From NCBI RefSeq assembly GCF_000737315.1, contig NZ_JMCB01000014.1, positions 62,001-126,000 of the forward strand: DNA of 64,000 nucleotides, read 5' to 3'. Within the stretch, counting starts at the first letter, position 1. Each line of letters opens with the position of its first letter. Origin of the DNA: Hyalangium minutum. Lineage in GTDB: Bacteria > Myxococcota > Myxococcia > Myxococcales > Myxococcaceae. A program made the translations under genes and the position numbers. The notes below the pieces were generated by a model. The model was given only the letters and a program-made list of their open reading frames with translations. It was not told where the DNA came from and searched no databases. Below, one piece after another: positions 9,257 through 19,400 of this stretch.

Positions 9257-11244
9257 GGCGGCGTCTCCTGGACATGAAGGGATGCGGGCGGAGGTCCCTC
9301 GGCGGGCCCTACCCGGAGCGTCAACGGGGGCAGCTTGCCCAGGGGGCTGGCCGGCGTACGGGTCCCCACGAGCATCTGGTATTGGCCTGGCGAAGGTGGG
9401 GTGAAGCTCACCTCCAGCCCACCGTCCTCGACTGCTTGCGGCTCGACGACTCGCTGCCACGCCCCGGGAGGCTTGAAGAGCAGCACGGACACCTCTTGTG
9501 GGCGCAACGGCCGCTTCGTCGAGGCATTCACCAGGCGGAAGTGCAATCGCGTGGTCTGCGCCGCGTGCAGCCGTTTGTCCGCGTCGAACAGCGCGGTGAA
9601 CTCCACCTTCGGCACGCGCGCCTGCGCAGTGGCGCCCGGCGCCACCCGATATTCGAAGCAGACGGCCCTGCGCGGGCTGTCGAGCAGCAGAGGCACCTCG
9701 TACACGCCCTCCTGGCTCGGCTTCACCGCCGAGGCATACACCCCGGGCTTCACCTCGGAGAGGGAGCGGTCCACCACCATGACGGCGCGAGGCCGCCGGC
9801 CGTAATTGAGGTGGCTCCCCGAAGGGGCCATCATTCCCTCCTGGAAGAAGAAGAGAGCGCGATCCTCGGGAGAGGCGATGAGCACGCCCTGGCCATCGGG
9901 CGTAGGCACAACGGGCGCGGCGCCCTCCGCTTCGTCCCCCTTCCCCGGAAGTGTCTGGGCAAAGGGGATCCTCAGCGTCACGGGCTCCCCCGGCTTGGCC
10001 AGGCTCTCGCGTTGGATGAGCAGCAGCCGCTTGTCGCCCGCGTCCCGCACGTAGGCGAACTGGGGAGTGAAGGTGACGAAGTCGGGGGACACGAGTCCTT
10101 CGAAGACGTGGCGCGGCTGTCCCGTGGCCGTGTCCACCACGGAGACCTTCCCCGTGTCGCGGTGGAGGGCGAACAGCCAGCGCCCGCTCGGGTCCAACGC
10201 CACGCGCTCCACGCCCTCGCCAAGGCTGATCCGCTGGGCCACCTTGCGCCCGGCGCTGTCCACCACCACCACCTCGCCACGGGAGGGAATGGCGGCGTAT
10301 ACCGCGCGAGCCGAGTCACTCACCGCCAGGGAAGTCACTCCCTGGCCTACCTCCAAGCGCTCCACCACCTCGAGCCGATCCACGTCCACGCCGGAGAGGA
10401 CCTCCCCTCCCCTCCCGCTCACCCAGAGCATTCGCCCCTCCTCTGCGAAGACCAGCTCCTGAGGCCCGGGCCCCACGGGAAGGGTCCGCAGCACCTCCTG
10501 GCTCTTCGCATCCAGGAGGCTGACGGAGCCCTCCCCGTCATTGCCCACGGCGAGCAGTCCGCCGTCGGGGGAGAGGGCCAGGCGCGTGGGGCCCTTCCCC
10601 ACCGGGACAGTGCCTCGCAAGCGGAAGCGGACGGTGTCCACCACCGCGACGCGGTTCGCTCCGGGCAGGGAGAGGAAGAGACTCTCCTTGCTGGGGTGGA
10701 GCACCCAGTCCGCCGGGGCACCGGTCAGGGAGATGAGGCTGAAAAGCTTCGTCCGGCTGAAGGCCAACTGGGGATTGATGACCGACAGCGTATTGTCTTC
10801 GTTCAGCGTCACCGCCATGTAGCCGTTCATGTCCACGTCGGCTTTCCTGGACAGAAGCCCGCCCAGGAATTCGCTCACGAGCGTCTTGCAACCCTTTTCA
10901 TCTGGGGCCTGCTCACCGGCACGTGGCGTCATCCACGCCAGAGGGCGCTGACCGGCCAGCGGCTCCCCCGTGCGCGGGTCCGTCAAGGTGAAGGAAGCCC
11001 AGGCATCCGCCCCCGCTTTCACCTCGCCCCCCGAAGCCAGGGGCCGCAGGGAGAATGCGATTCGCACGTCCTCCCGCTCGAGCACCTGGGAGGGCGACTC
11101 GGGCGCGGGGGTCGCGGCGACTGAGCCCTCCACGACGGCTGCGCGAGACGAAGGAAGTGGTCTCCCCTGTGTAACCAGGAGCCAGATCAGGAGGCCCAGG
11201 CCAACGTAGAGCCCCCCTGCGACTGCCCATTTCAATTTGATCAT
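9253..11244 (-). CDS. YncE/YVTN-type beta-propeller protein (cytochrome d1-like fold) with N-terminal membrane anchor
   Basis: 663 aa; repeated VGxGP/LALSPDG...VSLLD blades; hydrophobic N-terminus; in operon with the oxidases and Sco genes. Confidence 0.85.
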   Translation of the reverse strand: MIKLKWAVAGGLYVGLGLLIWLLVTQGRPLPSSRAAVVEGSVAATPAPESPSQVLEREDVRIAFSLRPLASGGEVKAGADAWASFTLTDPRTGEPLAGQRPLAWMTPRAGEQAPDEKGCKTLVSEFLGGLLSRKADVDMNGYMAVTLNEDNTLSVINPQLAFSRTKLFSLISLTGAPADWVLHPSKESLFLSLPGANRVAVVDTVRFRLRGTVPVGKGPTRLALSPDGGLLAVGNDGEGSVSLLDAKSQEVLRTLPVGPGPQELVFAEEGRMLWVSGRGGEVLSGVDVDRLEVVERLEVGQGVTSLAVSDSARAVYAAIPSRGEVVVVDSAGRKVAQRISLGEGVERVALDPSGRWLFALHRDTGKVSVVDTATGQPRHVFEGLVSPDFVTFTPQFAYVRDAGDKRLLLIQRESLAKPGEPVTLRIPFAQTLPGKGDEAEGAAPVVPTPDGQGVLIASPEDRALFFFQEGMMAPSGSHLNYGRRPRAVMVVDRSLSEVKPGVYASAVKPSQEGVYEVPLLLDSPRRAVCFEYRVAPGATAQARVPKVEFTALFDADKRLHAAQTTRLHFRLVNASTKRPLRPQEVSVLLFKPPGAWQRVVEPQAVEDGGLEVSFTPPSPGQYQMLVGTRTPASPLGKLPPLTLRVGPAEGPPPASLHVQETPP

Positions 11245-11358
11245 TGGAAGCCGGGCCCCCTCGGTCCCGGCGTGATGGGCTGCGCATTCTCTTCAGCCGC
11301 ACCGAAAGGGCCATGCGGCCACAGTCCGGTGCGGCGTCGAGAGGTGCACCTTTGGGTC

Positions 11359-14300
11359 TCACTCCACCCGGAAGATGCCCCACATGCCGTCGGGGAAGAG
11401 GGCGCTGGGCTGGTCCTGGTAGAGGTAGTCGCCTTCCACCCGGAACTTCCCGCCCGCTCCATTCTGCGGCACCACGTTCCAATGCCGCATGGGCGCGTGC
11501 CCTCCCTGCGTGCCGACGATGTTCGAATCCTCCTTGTCACCAATCCGGGTCGAGCCATCCACCCAGGGCTCGTGCTGCCACTCGTGGCCGTGGAGCGTGA
11601 AGGCGTGACTGCGCGGATGCCCGGAGGCCTGCAACACCCGGAAGCGCACCTGATCGCCCGAGTTGGCGGTGAAGATGGGAGTCGCCGGATCCCCAAAGTC
11701 CTTCGAGCTCAGCAGGTCCGCCTGTTGCAAGTCATTCGCCTCGTCCAAGGCATTCTCAGGCCGCAAGCCGAGCCGGGCCCACAGAGGCTCGGTGCGGAGG
11801 TTGAATGCCTTATGGCCCGAGTCCTCCGCATCATCCGCGGCGTCATAGGGCAGCAGGGCGGTGCCACACTGGAGTCCGGCATCTTCACACTGGAAGCGCG
11901 GGTCGTCCGAGTGCAGGCCCAGCTCGTCCTGGTAGAGCAGCACGAACTCCCGGAACTTGCGCTGCTTGCCGTCCTTGTCCCGGTAGGAGACGGTGGCTTG
12001 GGCGTGCGTCCCTGAGTCCGTCTTCCAAGTGGCCCCTCGGGGCTCGATGATGAGCGCTCCCAGCGCGCTCTGCGTTCCGTGGTTCACCACGTCCGCCATG
12101 TCCCGAAGGTTGATGGCTCCGTACTCCACGGGTATCGGCTCGAATCGGCTGTGGGTGTTCTCGGGCGCGGGGGTCATGCCCTCCAGCGAGGCCAGCAGCA
12201 CGGGAGAGGTGATGAACGCGTCGTCCTCCAGCTTCCAGCGCCCCGCGTACCACCGGAAAACGCCCACGTTGCCTGGAGCCACCGTCTGCACCGGGTTGAG
12301 TCCCACGTTGGCCGAGTCACCCTCGCGCACGTTGAAGTCCACCAGTTGTGGGTGCAGCGAGGCGTGGTTGGACGACGCCACTTGATTGACGTTGAAGCCG
12401 TCCGTGATGACCGGCAGGAAGTTCCAGTGCGGCGTCTTGGGCATCACTTCGGGCAGGGCGTTGATGAGCTTGACCTCGATGCAATCCCCTGCGGCGGCCC
12501 TCAGGATGAGCGGCTCCGGGCGGCGCTTGCCACGGATGACGTCGTCCACATGCTCGGCGAGCACATAGAGGATCGCGTCCGGATCGAAGATGCGGAAGCG
12601 CTCGTTGTACACCAGCCTGCCTCCGGGCAGGTTGTCCCGCGCGGTCAGCGCGTACACGGTGTAGCGGCGCAAAGGCGCGTTGTCGGGACACGTGGGGTGC
12701 CCGACATTCTTCCGGCTGTGAATGGGGTTTCCCGGCAGCTCCTGCAGGTCGGGCTGAGTGTCTCGGTAGGTCCGGATGAGGCCCCACACCCCGTTCCACA
12801 AGTCGTCCGCAGGGGCGCTGTTATAGAGGTAGTCGGCGGTGGGGCCTCCCTGCACGGGCGGCAGGCGGTTCTCGAACTCGAAGTGCTCCGAGATGCCGAA
12901 CGCCTGGGCGTTGGAGAAGCCGCTGTTCGTGTCCGACGGCTCGTGCAGCCACCTCACCCCATTGATGGAGAGCGAGTGCATCTCCTCGTGTGCCCCCTCG
13001 ATCAGTCGGATGAGAATCCTGTCGCCTCCGTAGGCGCGCAGCAGCGGGGTGAATGGGTCGCCGTGGATCTCCGAGCGGAACACGTTGGCCATGTCCCCGG
13101 CAGGGCCCGCCTTCTGCACGAACACCCCGTCCACCTCCTGGGCAATGCGCAAAGGGATGGGCTCATTGCGGTAGGAAACCAACATGGTGCCAGGGTCTTC
13201 TTCGGCGATGGCCAGCGGGGGCGGATTCTCCGGGTTGGCGATGGCCCGAGGCAGTGGCTGGAGCTCGTTGCCCTGGATGTTCACCGGCTCTCCCCGGGCA
13301 TCGAAGACGAGGGCGAAGTCCGCGACAGCAAGTGAGAACTCCCGGAAGCTGTTCTCCCGGTTGGGGGTGAGGATGTCCGCGTTCCCTTGGGTGGGGCCGC
13401 CATCATCGCGCGTACCCAACTGCGCCCCCGTCTCCGGATCTCGCCACCGGCTCCCCTTCGGCTCAACAGCCAGCGAGGCGTACAAGCCATGTTGCTGGTG
13501 GGAAGAAGGCGAGAAGTGGTCGTGGGTGAAGACTGTCCGGACGGTGCGGTCGTTTCCGTCATCGTCGACGATGGGGTCTGCCCACCAGCGCTGCACCGTC
13601 GTCTGTGTGCCCAGGGGCGCAAAGGGAAGCAGGGGGTGCGGCCGCGCGGTCAGCTTCTGGCGTGGGCCCCCAGGCTGGGTCGTCCCATCGGCCTTGAAGG
13701 CTCCTCCCCGCGCGTTCGCCGCCGCGATGCGCATCTGCACTTCCTGGGCGGCAAAGGTGCCGTCCTCGTAGTTCCAGCCGTTGGCCGCCCCATCGGAGCT
13801 GGTGACGTCGAACTTCACCAGGTGGATGTGCTGGCCCACCGTGTCGGTGGGCGTGAAGATCTGGAACGCGTCCTCTTCGAGGACGTCCGGGATGAGGTTG
13901 GTGCCATGGGACACCACGCACTCGCCCGAGTTGGCGCGTATGACGAGCGGCTCAGGGGGACGCTCGCCGCTCAAGGTGGCCTGCACATCGTTGTTCAGGA
14001 CGAGGATGCGCGCCTGGGGGTCGTGCCAGCCCGCGCGGTTCACCACCATGTCCAACTGAACGAAGGCCACACGGTAGTCGCGCTCCTTGGTGCCCTTGGG
14101 GCAGGGGTCCGCGTACGGGGCTCCCGGCTTCGGCGGCTGGCCATTGACGAAGAAGGAGGCCTTCTTGCCCTCCGGCGTGAATGCCGGGTACGCCGCTGCG
14201 GGGAAGCCGTAGAGCGTCCTCTTGTTCTCTCCCCCTTCGAAGTCCCCGGCATGGAAGTCCATGGCCGCCCGCTCCGCTGGCGTCCCCTGGTCGGGCAACA

Positions 14301-16236
14301 GCTTGAGGTCCACCTCCTCCAGGCGCACGTCAAACTCACCGCTTTCGCCCAGGACGACGCCGCCCTGGGGGACGTTCACTACCAGGTGCCGAGGCAGCCC
14401 ACCGTTGACCTCCAGGTCCAGCGGAGGTTGGGCGGCGCGCCGACCCGCTACCCCCGCGATGTAGAAAGGGTACCCCGGAAAAGCGGGCCTCTTGACGTTG
14501 TCGCCGTTGGCCAGCGCCACCTGCGTGGGCTTGTACGTGGGCATGGGCGGCATGGGCCGCCCCGGCAGGGGAACCAACGCTGGAGTGGGAACGCCTTGTG
14601 CCAGCTCCCCGTCAGGCAGGTTTCTGTCCGGCGTGCCCGCCTCGAAGACGTCGTGGTTGCGCCACAGCGACCACATGCCCTGGGCGAAGTGGGGATAGAA
14701 GTGGCAGTGGAAGATGGCATCTCCCACCGTGAGGTTGCGGTTACCTCCTCCCCCAAAGTTGATGTCGTAGATGAAGGTGCTTCCGGGGCTGATGGTCTGC
14801 GAGTCCAGGTAGGTGGACTCGTCGTCCCGCGGTGAGTGCAGCCACTGGTGCGCGTGCAGGTGGAAGATATGCGCCTCCTTGGGACCCGCATGCATGTTGC
14901 GGATGCGCACCGGATCTCCCAGGTAGGCGTGGTGCACGTTGGACGGGTCCTCCGGGAACAGGGCCCTCTCCGCCTTGCCGTCCCCGTCTCGCTCCAGGTT
15001 CAGCGCCGGGTCTCCGTTAGGCCAGGAGGAGAGGAAGAACTCCTCGAACTTGCACTCGAAGCACTTCGCGCTGGGGCCAACACGCGCACGGTTCGCCAAC
15101 AGACGCGGACCCAATGCATCCGCTCCATAGTTGATGGCAAAGCCGTCCCGGATCGACCTCAACGTCGGGTCCTCCTCGAGCTCAGGGAAGGCCTGCACCA
15201 CCTTGATTTCATCGTGGAAGACGGCGGTGAACTCGCGAAAGACGCCCACGTTCTGCGAGGTGGGCGTCCCCAGCTCCGTGTCCTTGTAACCCGCGACGAT
15301 GGCGTAGAGGTCTCCATGGACGATTTCGTTGTCGTCACCCAGGATCTCCAGGATGGGAACGCCCTGCCCATCTCTGGCCGAGTAGTTGATGCGCGGAGTG
15401 CCGTCGCTGTTGCGCCCCTTGGTGGCGGCCTGGAGTTCTTCAGCCGTCACCTGCGAGCGGAACCAGCGGGAGCCTTTGGGCTCCACATGGACCGCTCCGA
15501 AGAAGCCCGCAGCGAGGGCCGCATTGTCCCCCTCTCCGCCCAGCAGGTGCGCCATGCTTCGGAACAGAAATGTGCCCTCTCGCTCAGCGAAGAGCCGGTA
15601 CTCGCGCGTCTGGCCGGGCTCCGCCAAGCTCTCGCCGTTGAGCCCCACGCGGGCGGCATCCGCGTCGATGTTGAGGTACTGCAGCCCCTGCACGTGCAGT
15701 CCGGCCGTGCGCGTCGCCGGTGCGTCGTTTCGGGGGTCATCCGAGGGCTCATCCAAAGGTTCCTCCGGAGGCTCCGGAATCTGGCCGCGGTCGGGCGCCA
15801 GCCAGTTGGTGAAGGTCACCTTCAGGCAATCTCCCTTGTTCACCCGGAGCACCAAGGGACGAGGCCGCTTGCCGTCGCGCAGCCTGGCATTGCCCGGGCT
15901 GGGGACGTTCCCCTCGATGGCCACTACGTCTCGGCGCAGGGCATAGACCATCCCGATGGGGTTGAAGGCTCCGAAGCGGTTGTAGGTGAAGACTTGATCC
16001 AGAGCCACCACGTCCGCCTTCACCGTGCGCTGGCAGGTGGAGCTGGGACTGTCGCTCGACGTCGAACTGTCGCTCGGCGTCAACGACGATGCCGCCTCTG
16101 ATGATGCCTCCTCTGAAAGCTCGGGTGGCGGCACACTCTCGGAAAACGGAGTGTCCGCGCCACATGCCAGCAGCACGCAGGCCGCAAGCGCAATCACTGC
16201 CTTGGACTTCACGCCTCTTCGTATTGGGACCCGCAT
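11359..16236 (-). CDS. Large MnxG-like multicopper oxidase lipoprotein, copy A (1625 aa)
   Basis: ATG 16236 after GGGGGGAG; lipobox LLAC; copper motifs HIFHLHAH, HCHFYPHFAQGM, GQHIH, THDHFSPSSHQQHG, HAFTLHGH. Confidence 0.9.
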   Translation of the reverse strand: MRVPIRRGVKSKAVIALAACVLLACGADTPFSESVPPPELSEEASSEAASSLTPSDSSTSSDSPSSTCQRTVKADVVALDQVFTYNRFGAFNPIGMVYALRRDVVAIEGNVPSPGNARLRDGKRPRPLVLRVNKGDCLKVTFTNWLAPDRGQIPEPPEEPLDEPSDDPRNDAPATRTAGLHVQGLQYLNIDADAARVGLNGESLAEPGQTREYRLFAEREGTFLFRSMAHLLGGEGDNAALAAGFFGAVHVEPKGSRWFRSQVTAEELQAATKGRNSDGTPRINYSARDGQGVPILEILGDDNEIVHGDLYAIVAGYKDTELGTPTSQNVGVFREFTAVFHDEIKVVQAFPELEEDPTLRSIRDGFAINYGADALGPRLLANRARVGPSAKCFECKFEEFFLSSWPNGDPALNLERDGDGKAERALFPEDPSNVHHAYLGDPVRIRNMHAGPKEAHIFHLHAHQWLHSPRDDESTYLDSQTISPGSTFIYDINFGGGGNRNLTVGDAIFHCHFYPHFAQGMWSLWRNHDVFEAGTPDRNLPDGELAQGVPTPALVPLPGRPMPPMPTYKPTQVALANGDNVKRPAFPGYPFYIAGVAGRRAAQPPLDLEVNGGLPRHLVVNVPQGGVVLGESGEFDVRLEEVDLKLLPDQGTPAERAAMDFHAGDFEGGENKRTLYGFPAAAYPAFTPEGKKASFFVNGQPPKPGAPYADPCPKGTKERDYRVAFVQLDMVVNRAGWHDPQARILVLNNDVQATLSGERPPEPLVIRANSGECVVSHGTNLIPDVLEEDAFQIFTPTDTVGQHIHLVKFDVTSSDGAANGWNYEDGTFAAQEVQMRIAAANARGGAFKADGTTQPGGPRQKLTARPHPLLPFAPLGTQTTVQRWWADPIVDDDGNDRTVRTVFTHDHFSPSSHQQHGLYASLAVEPKGSRWRDPETGAQLGTRDDGGPTQGNADILTPNRENSFREFSLAVADFALVFDARGEPVNIQGNELQPLPRAIANPENPPPLAIAEEDPGTMLVSYRNEPIPLRIAQEVDGVFVQKAGPAGDMANVFRSEIHGDPFTPLLRAYGGDRILIRLIEGAHEEMHSLSINGVRWLHEPSDTNSGFSNAQAFGISEHFEFENRLPPVQGGPTADYLYNSAPADDLWNGVWGLIRTYRDTQPDLQELPGNPIHSRKNVGHPTCPDNAPLRRYTVYALTARDNLPGGRLVYNERFRIFDPDAILYVLAEHVDDVIRGKRRPEPLILRAAAGDCIEVKLINALPEVMPKTPHWNFLPVITDGFNVNQVASSNHASLHPQLVDFNVREGDSANVGLNPVQTVAPGNVGVFRWYAGRWKLEDDAFITSPVLLASLEGMTPAPENTHSRFEPIPVEYGAINLRDMADVVNHGTQSALGALIIEPRGATWKTDSGTHAQATVSYRDKDGKQRKFREFVLLYQDELGLHSDDPRFQCEDAGLQCGTALLPYDAADDAEDSGHKAFNLRTEPLWARLGLRPENALDEANDLQQADLLSSKDFGDPATPIFTANSGDQVRFRVLQASGHPRSHAFTLHGHEWQHEPWVDGSTRIGDKEDSNIVGTQGGHAPMRHWNVVPQNGAGGKFRVEGDYLYQDQPSALFPDGMWGIFRVE

Positions 16237-16407
16237 GCTGATCTCCCCCCTGAGCAAGAGGGGCAGGGGTAGTTCAGCAGCGGGAGAGAGGGGATTGTCC
16301 GCCGGTCAGAGGCCGAGTCTCTTCCGTGACGCCTACTCTGAACAGCCGCGCCGGAGGAGCCATCCGGCTACGCTCCGGCGCGGCGTCGAGAGGTGCACCT
16401 TTGGGCC

Positions 16408-19400
16408 TCACTCCACCCGGAAGATGCCCCACATGCCCTCGGGGAAGAGGACGCTGGGCTGGTCCTGGTAGAGGTAGTCACCTTCCACCCGGAACTTCCC
16501 GCCCGCTCCATTCTCAGGCACCACGTTCCAGTGCCGCATGGGTGCGTGCCCTCCCTGGGTACCAACGATGTTCGACTCCTCGTTGTCGCCAATCCGGCTG
16601 GAGCCGTCCACCCAGGGCTCGTGCTGCCACTCGTGGCCATGGAGCGTGAAGGCGTGACTGCGCGGGTGCCCGGAAGCCTGCAACACCCGGAAGCGCACCT
16701 CGTCGCCATCTTTGGCGGTGAAGATGGGAGTCGCCGGCTCCCCAAAGTCCTTCGAGCTCAGCAGATCCGCCTGTTGCAGGTTATTCGCCTCCACCAAGGC
16801 GTTCTCCGGCCGCAAGCCGAGTCTCGCCCAGAGCGGCTCGGTGCGGAGGTTGAATGCCTTGTGGCCCGACTCCTCCGCGTCATCCGTGGCGCCGTAGGTC
16901 AGCAGGGCGGTGCCACACTGGAGCCCGGCATCTTCGCACTGGAAGCGCGGGTCGTCCGAGTGCAGGCCCAGCTCATCCTGATAGAGCAGCACGAACTCCC
17001 GGAACTTGCGCTGCTTCCCGTCCTTGTCCCGGTAGGAGACGGTGGCCTGGGCGTGCGTGCCCGGGTCCGTCTTCCAGGTGGCCCCCCGGGGCTCGATGAT
17101 GAGCGCCCCCAGCACGCTCTGCGTCCCGTGGTTCACCACGTCCGCCATGTCCCGAAGATTGATGGCTCCGTACTCCACGGGTATCGGCTCGAAGACGCCG
17201 TTCCTCTCTCGCGCGGAGCCCCCGGCCTCCAGTGAGGCCAGCAGCACGGGGGCGCTGACGGACTCGTCGTCCTCCAGCTTCCAGCGTCCCGCATACCACC
17301 GGTAGACGCCCACTTTGCCCGGCGCCACCGTCTGCACCGGGTTGAGTCCCACGTTGGCCGAGTCGCCCTCGCGCACGTTGAAGTCCACCAGCTGCGGGTG
17401 CAGCGAGGCCTGGTTGGAAGACGCCACTTGATTGACGTTGAACCCCTCCGTAATGACGGGCAGGAAGTTCCAGTGCGGCGTCTTGGGCAGGACTTCCGGC
17501 AGGGCATTGACGAGCTTGACCTCGATGCAGTCCCCCGCCGCGGCCCTCAGGATGAGCGGCTCCGGGCGGCGCCTGCCACGGATGACGTCGTCCACGTGCT
17601 CGGCGAGCACATAGAGGATGGCGTCCGGATCGAAGATGCGGAAGCGCTCGTTGTACACCAGCCTGCCACCGGGCAAGTTGCCCCTCGCGGTGAGGGCGTA
17701 CACGGTGTAGCGGCGCAAGGGCGCGTCCTCGGGGCAGGTGGGGTGTTTGGCATTCGCCCGGCCGTGAATGGGATTTCCCGGCAGCTCCAGCAGGTCGGGC
17801 TGGGTGTCGCGGTAGGTCCGGATGAGGCCCCACACGCCATTCCACAAGTCGTCCGCGGGGGCACTGTTATAGAGGAAGTCGGCGGTGGGGCCTCCTTGCA
17901 CAGGAGGCAGGCGGTCCGCGAGCTCGAAATGCTCCGAGATGCCAAACGCCTGTGCGTTGGCGAAGCCACTGTTCTTGTCCGCCGGCTCGTGCAGCCACCT
18001 CACCCCATTGATGGAGAGCGAGTGCATCTCCTCCTGTGCGCCCTCAGTCAGACGGATCAACACCTTGTCGCCTCCGTAGGCGCGCATCAGCGGGGTGAAC
18101 GGGTCGCCGTGCACGTCCGAGCGGAACACGTTGGCCATGTCTCCTGCGGGACCCTGTCTCTGCACGAACGTCCCTCCCACTTTCTGGGCGATGCGCAGGG
18201 GGATGGGCTCGTTGCGGTAGTTCAGCAACATGGAGCCAGGATCATCCGAGGAGATGGCCAGCGGGGGAGGATTCTCCGGGTTGGCGATAGCCCGAGGCAG
18301 CGGCTGGAGCTCGTTGCCCTGGACGTTGATCGGTTCTCCCCGGTCGTCGAAGACGAGGGCGAAGTCCGCGACGGCGAGTGGGAACTCCCGGAAGCTGTCT
18401 TCCCGCTTGGGGGTGAGGATGTCCGCGCGCCAGCGGGTAGGCCCGCCATCATCGCGCGTGCCCAGCTGCACCCCCGTCTCCGGGTCTCGCCACCGGCTCC
18501 CCTTCGGCTCGACAGCCAGAGAGGCGTAGAAGCCGTGTTGCTGCATGGAAGACGGCGAGAAGTGATCGTGGGTGAAGGACGTCTGGACGGTGCGGTCCTC
18601 TCCCTGGTCGTTGACGATGGGGTCTGCCCACCAGCGCTGCACCGTCGTCTGCGTGCCGAGGGGCGCGAAGGGCAGCAGCGGGTGGGGCCGCGCGGTCAGC
18701 TTCTGGCGTGGGCCCCCAGGTTTGGTTGTGCCATCGGCCTTGAAGGCTCCTCCCCGGGCGTTCGCCGCCGCGATGCGCATCTGCACTTCCTGGGCGGCAA
18801 AGGTGCCGTCCTCGTAGTTCCAGCCGTTGACCGAGCCGTCGGAGCTGGTCACGTCGAACTTCACCAGGTGGATGTGCTGGCCCAGCGTGTCGGTGGGCGC
18901 GAAGATCTGGAACGCGTCCTCTTCGAGGGCGTCAGGGATGAGGTTGGTGCCATGGGACACCACGCACTCGCCCGAGTTGGCGCGCATGACGAGCGGCTCG
19001 GGAGGGCGCTCGCCACTCAACGTGGCCTGCACGTCGTCGTTCAAGACGAAGATGCGCGCCTGGGGGTCGTGCCAGCCCGCGCGGTTCACCACCATGTCCA
19101 GCTGGACGAAGGCCACACGGTAGTCGCGCTCCTTGGTGCCCTTGGGGCAGGGGTCTGCGTACGGGGCTCCCGGCTTCGGGGGCTGGCCATTGACGAAGAA
19201 GGAGGCCCGCTTGCCCTCCGGGGTGAACGCCGGGTACGCCGCCGCGGGGAAGCCATAGAGCGTCCTCTGATTCTCCCCTCCTTCGAATTCCCCGGCATGG
19301 AAGTCCATGGCCACCTGCTCCGCCGGCGTCCCCTGGTCGGGCAGCAGCTTGAGGTCCGCCTTCTCCAGAGTCACGTCGAATTCGCCACGCTCTCCCAGGA

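Noticed and set aside
11519-11532. GTTCGAATCC tRNA T-loop-like sequence
   Set aside because: Lies inside the oxidase coding region; no cloverleaf context.
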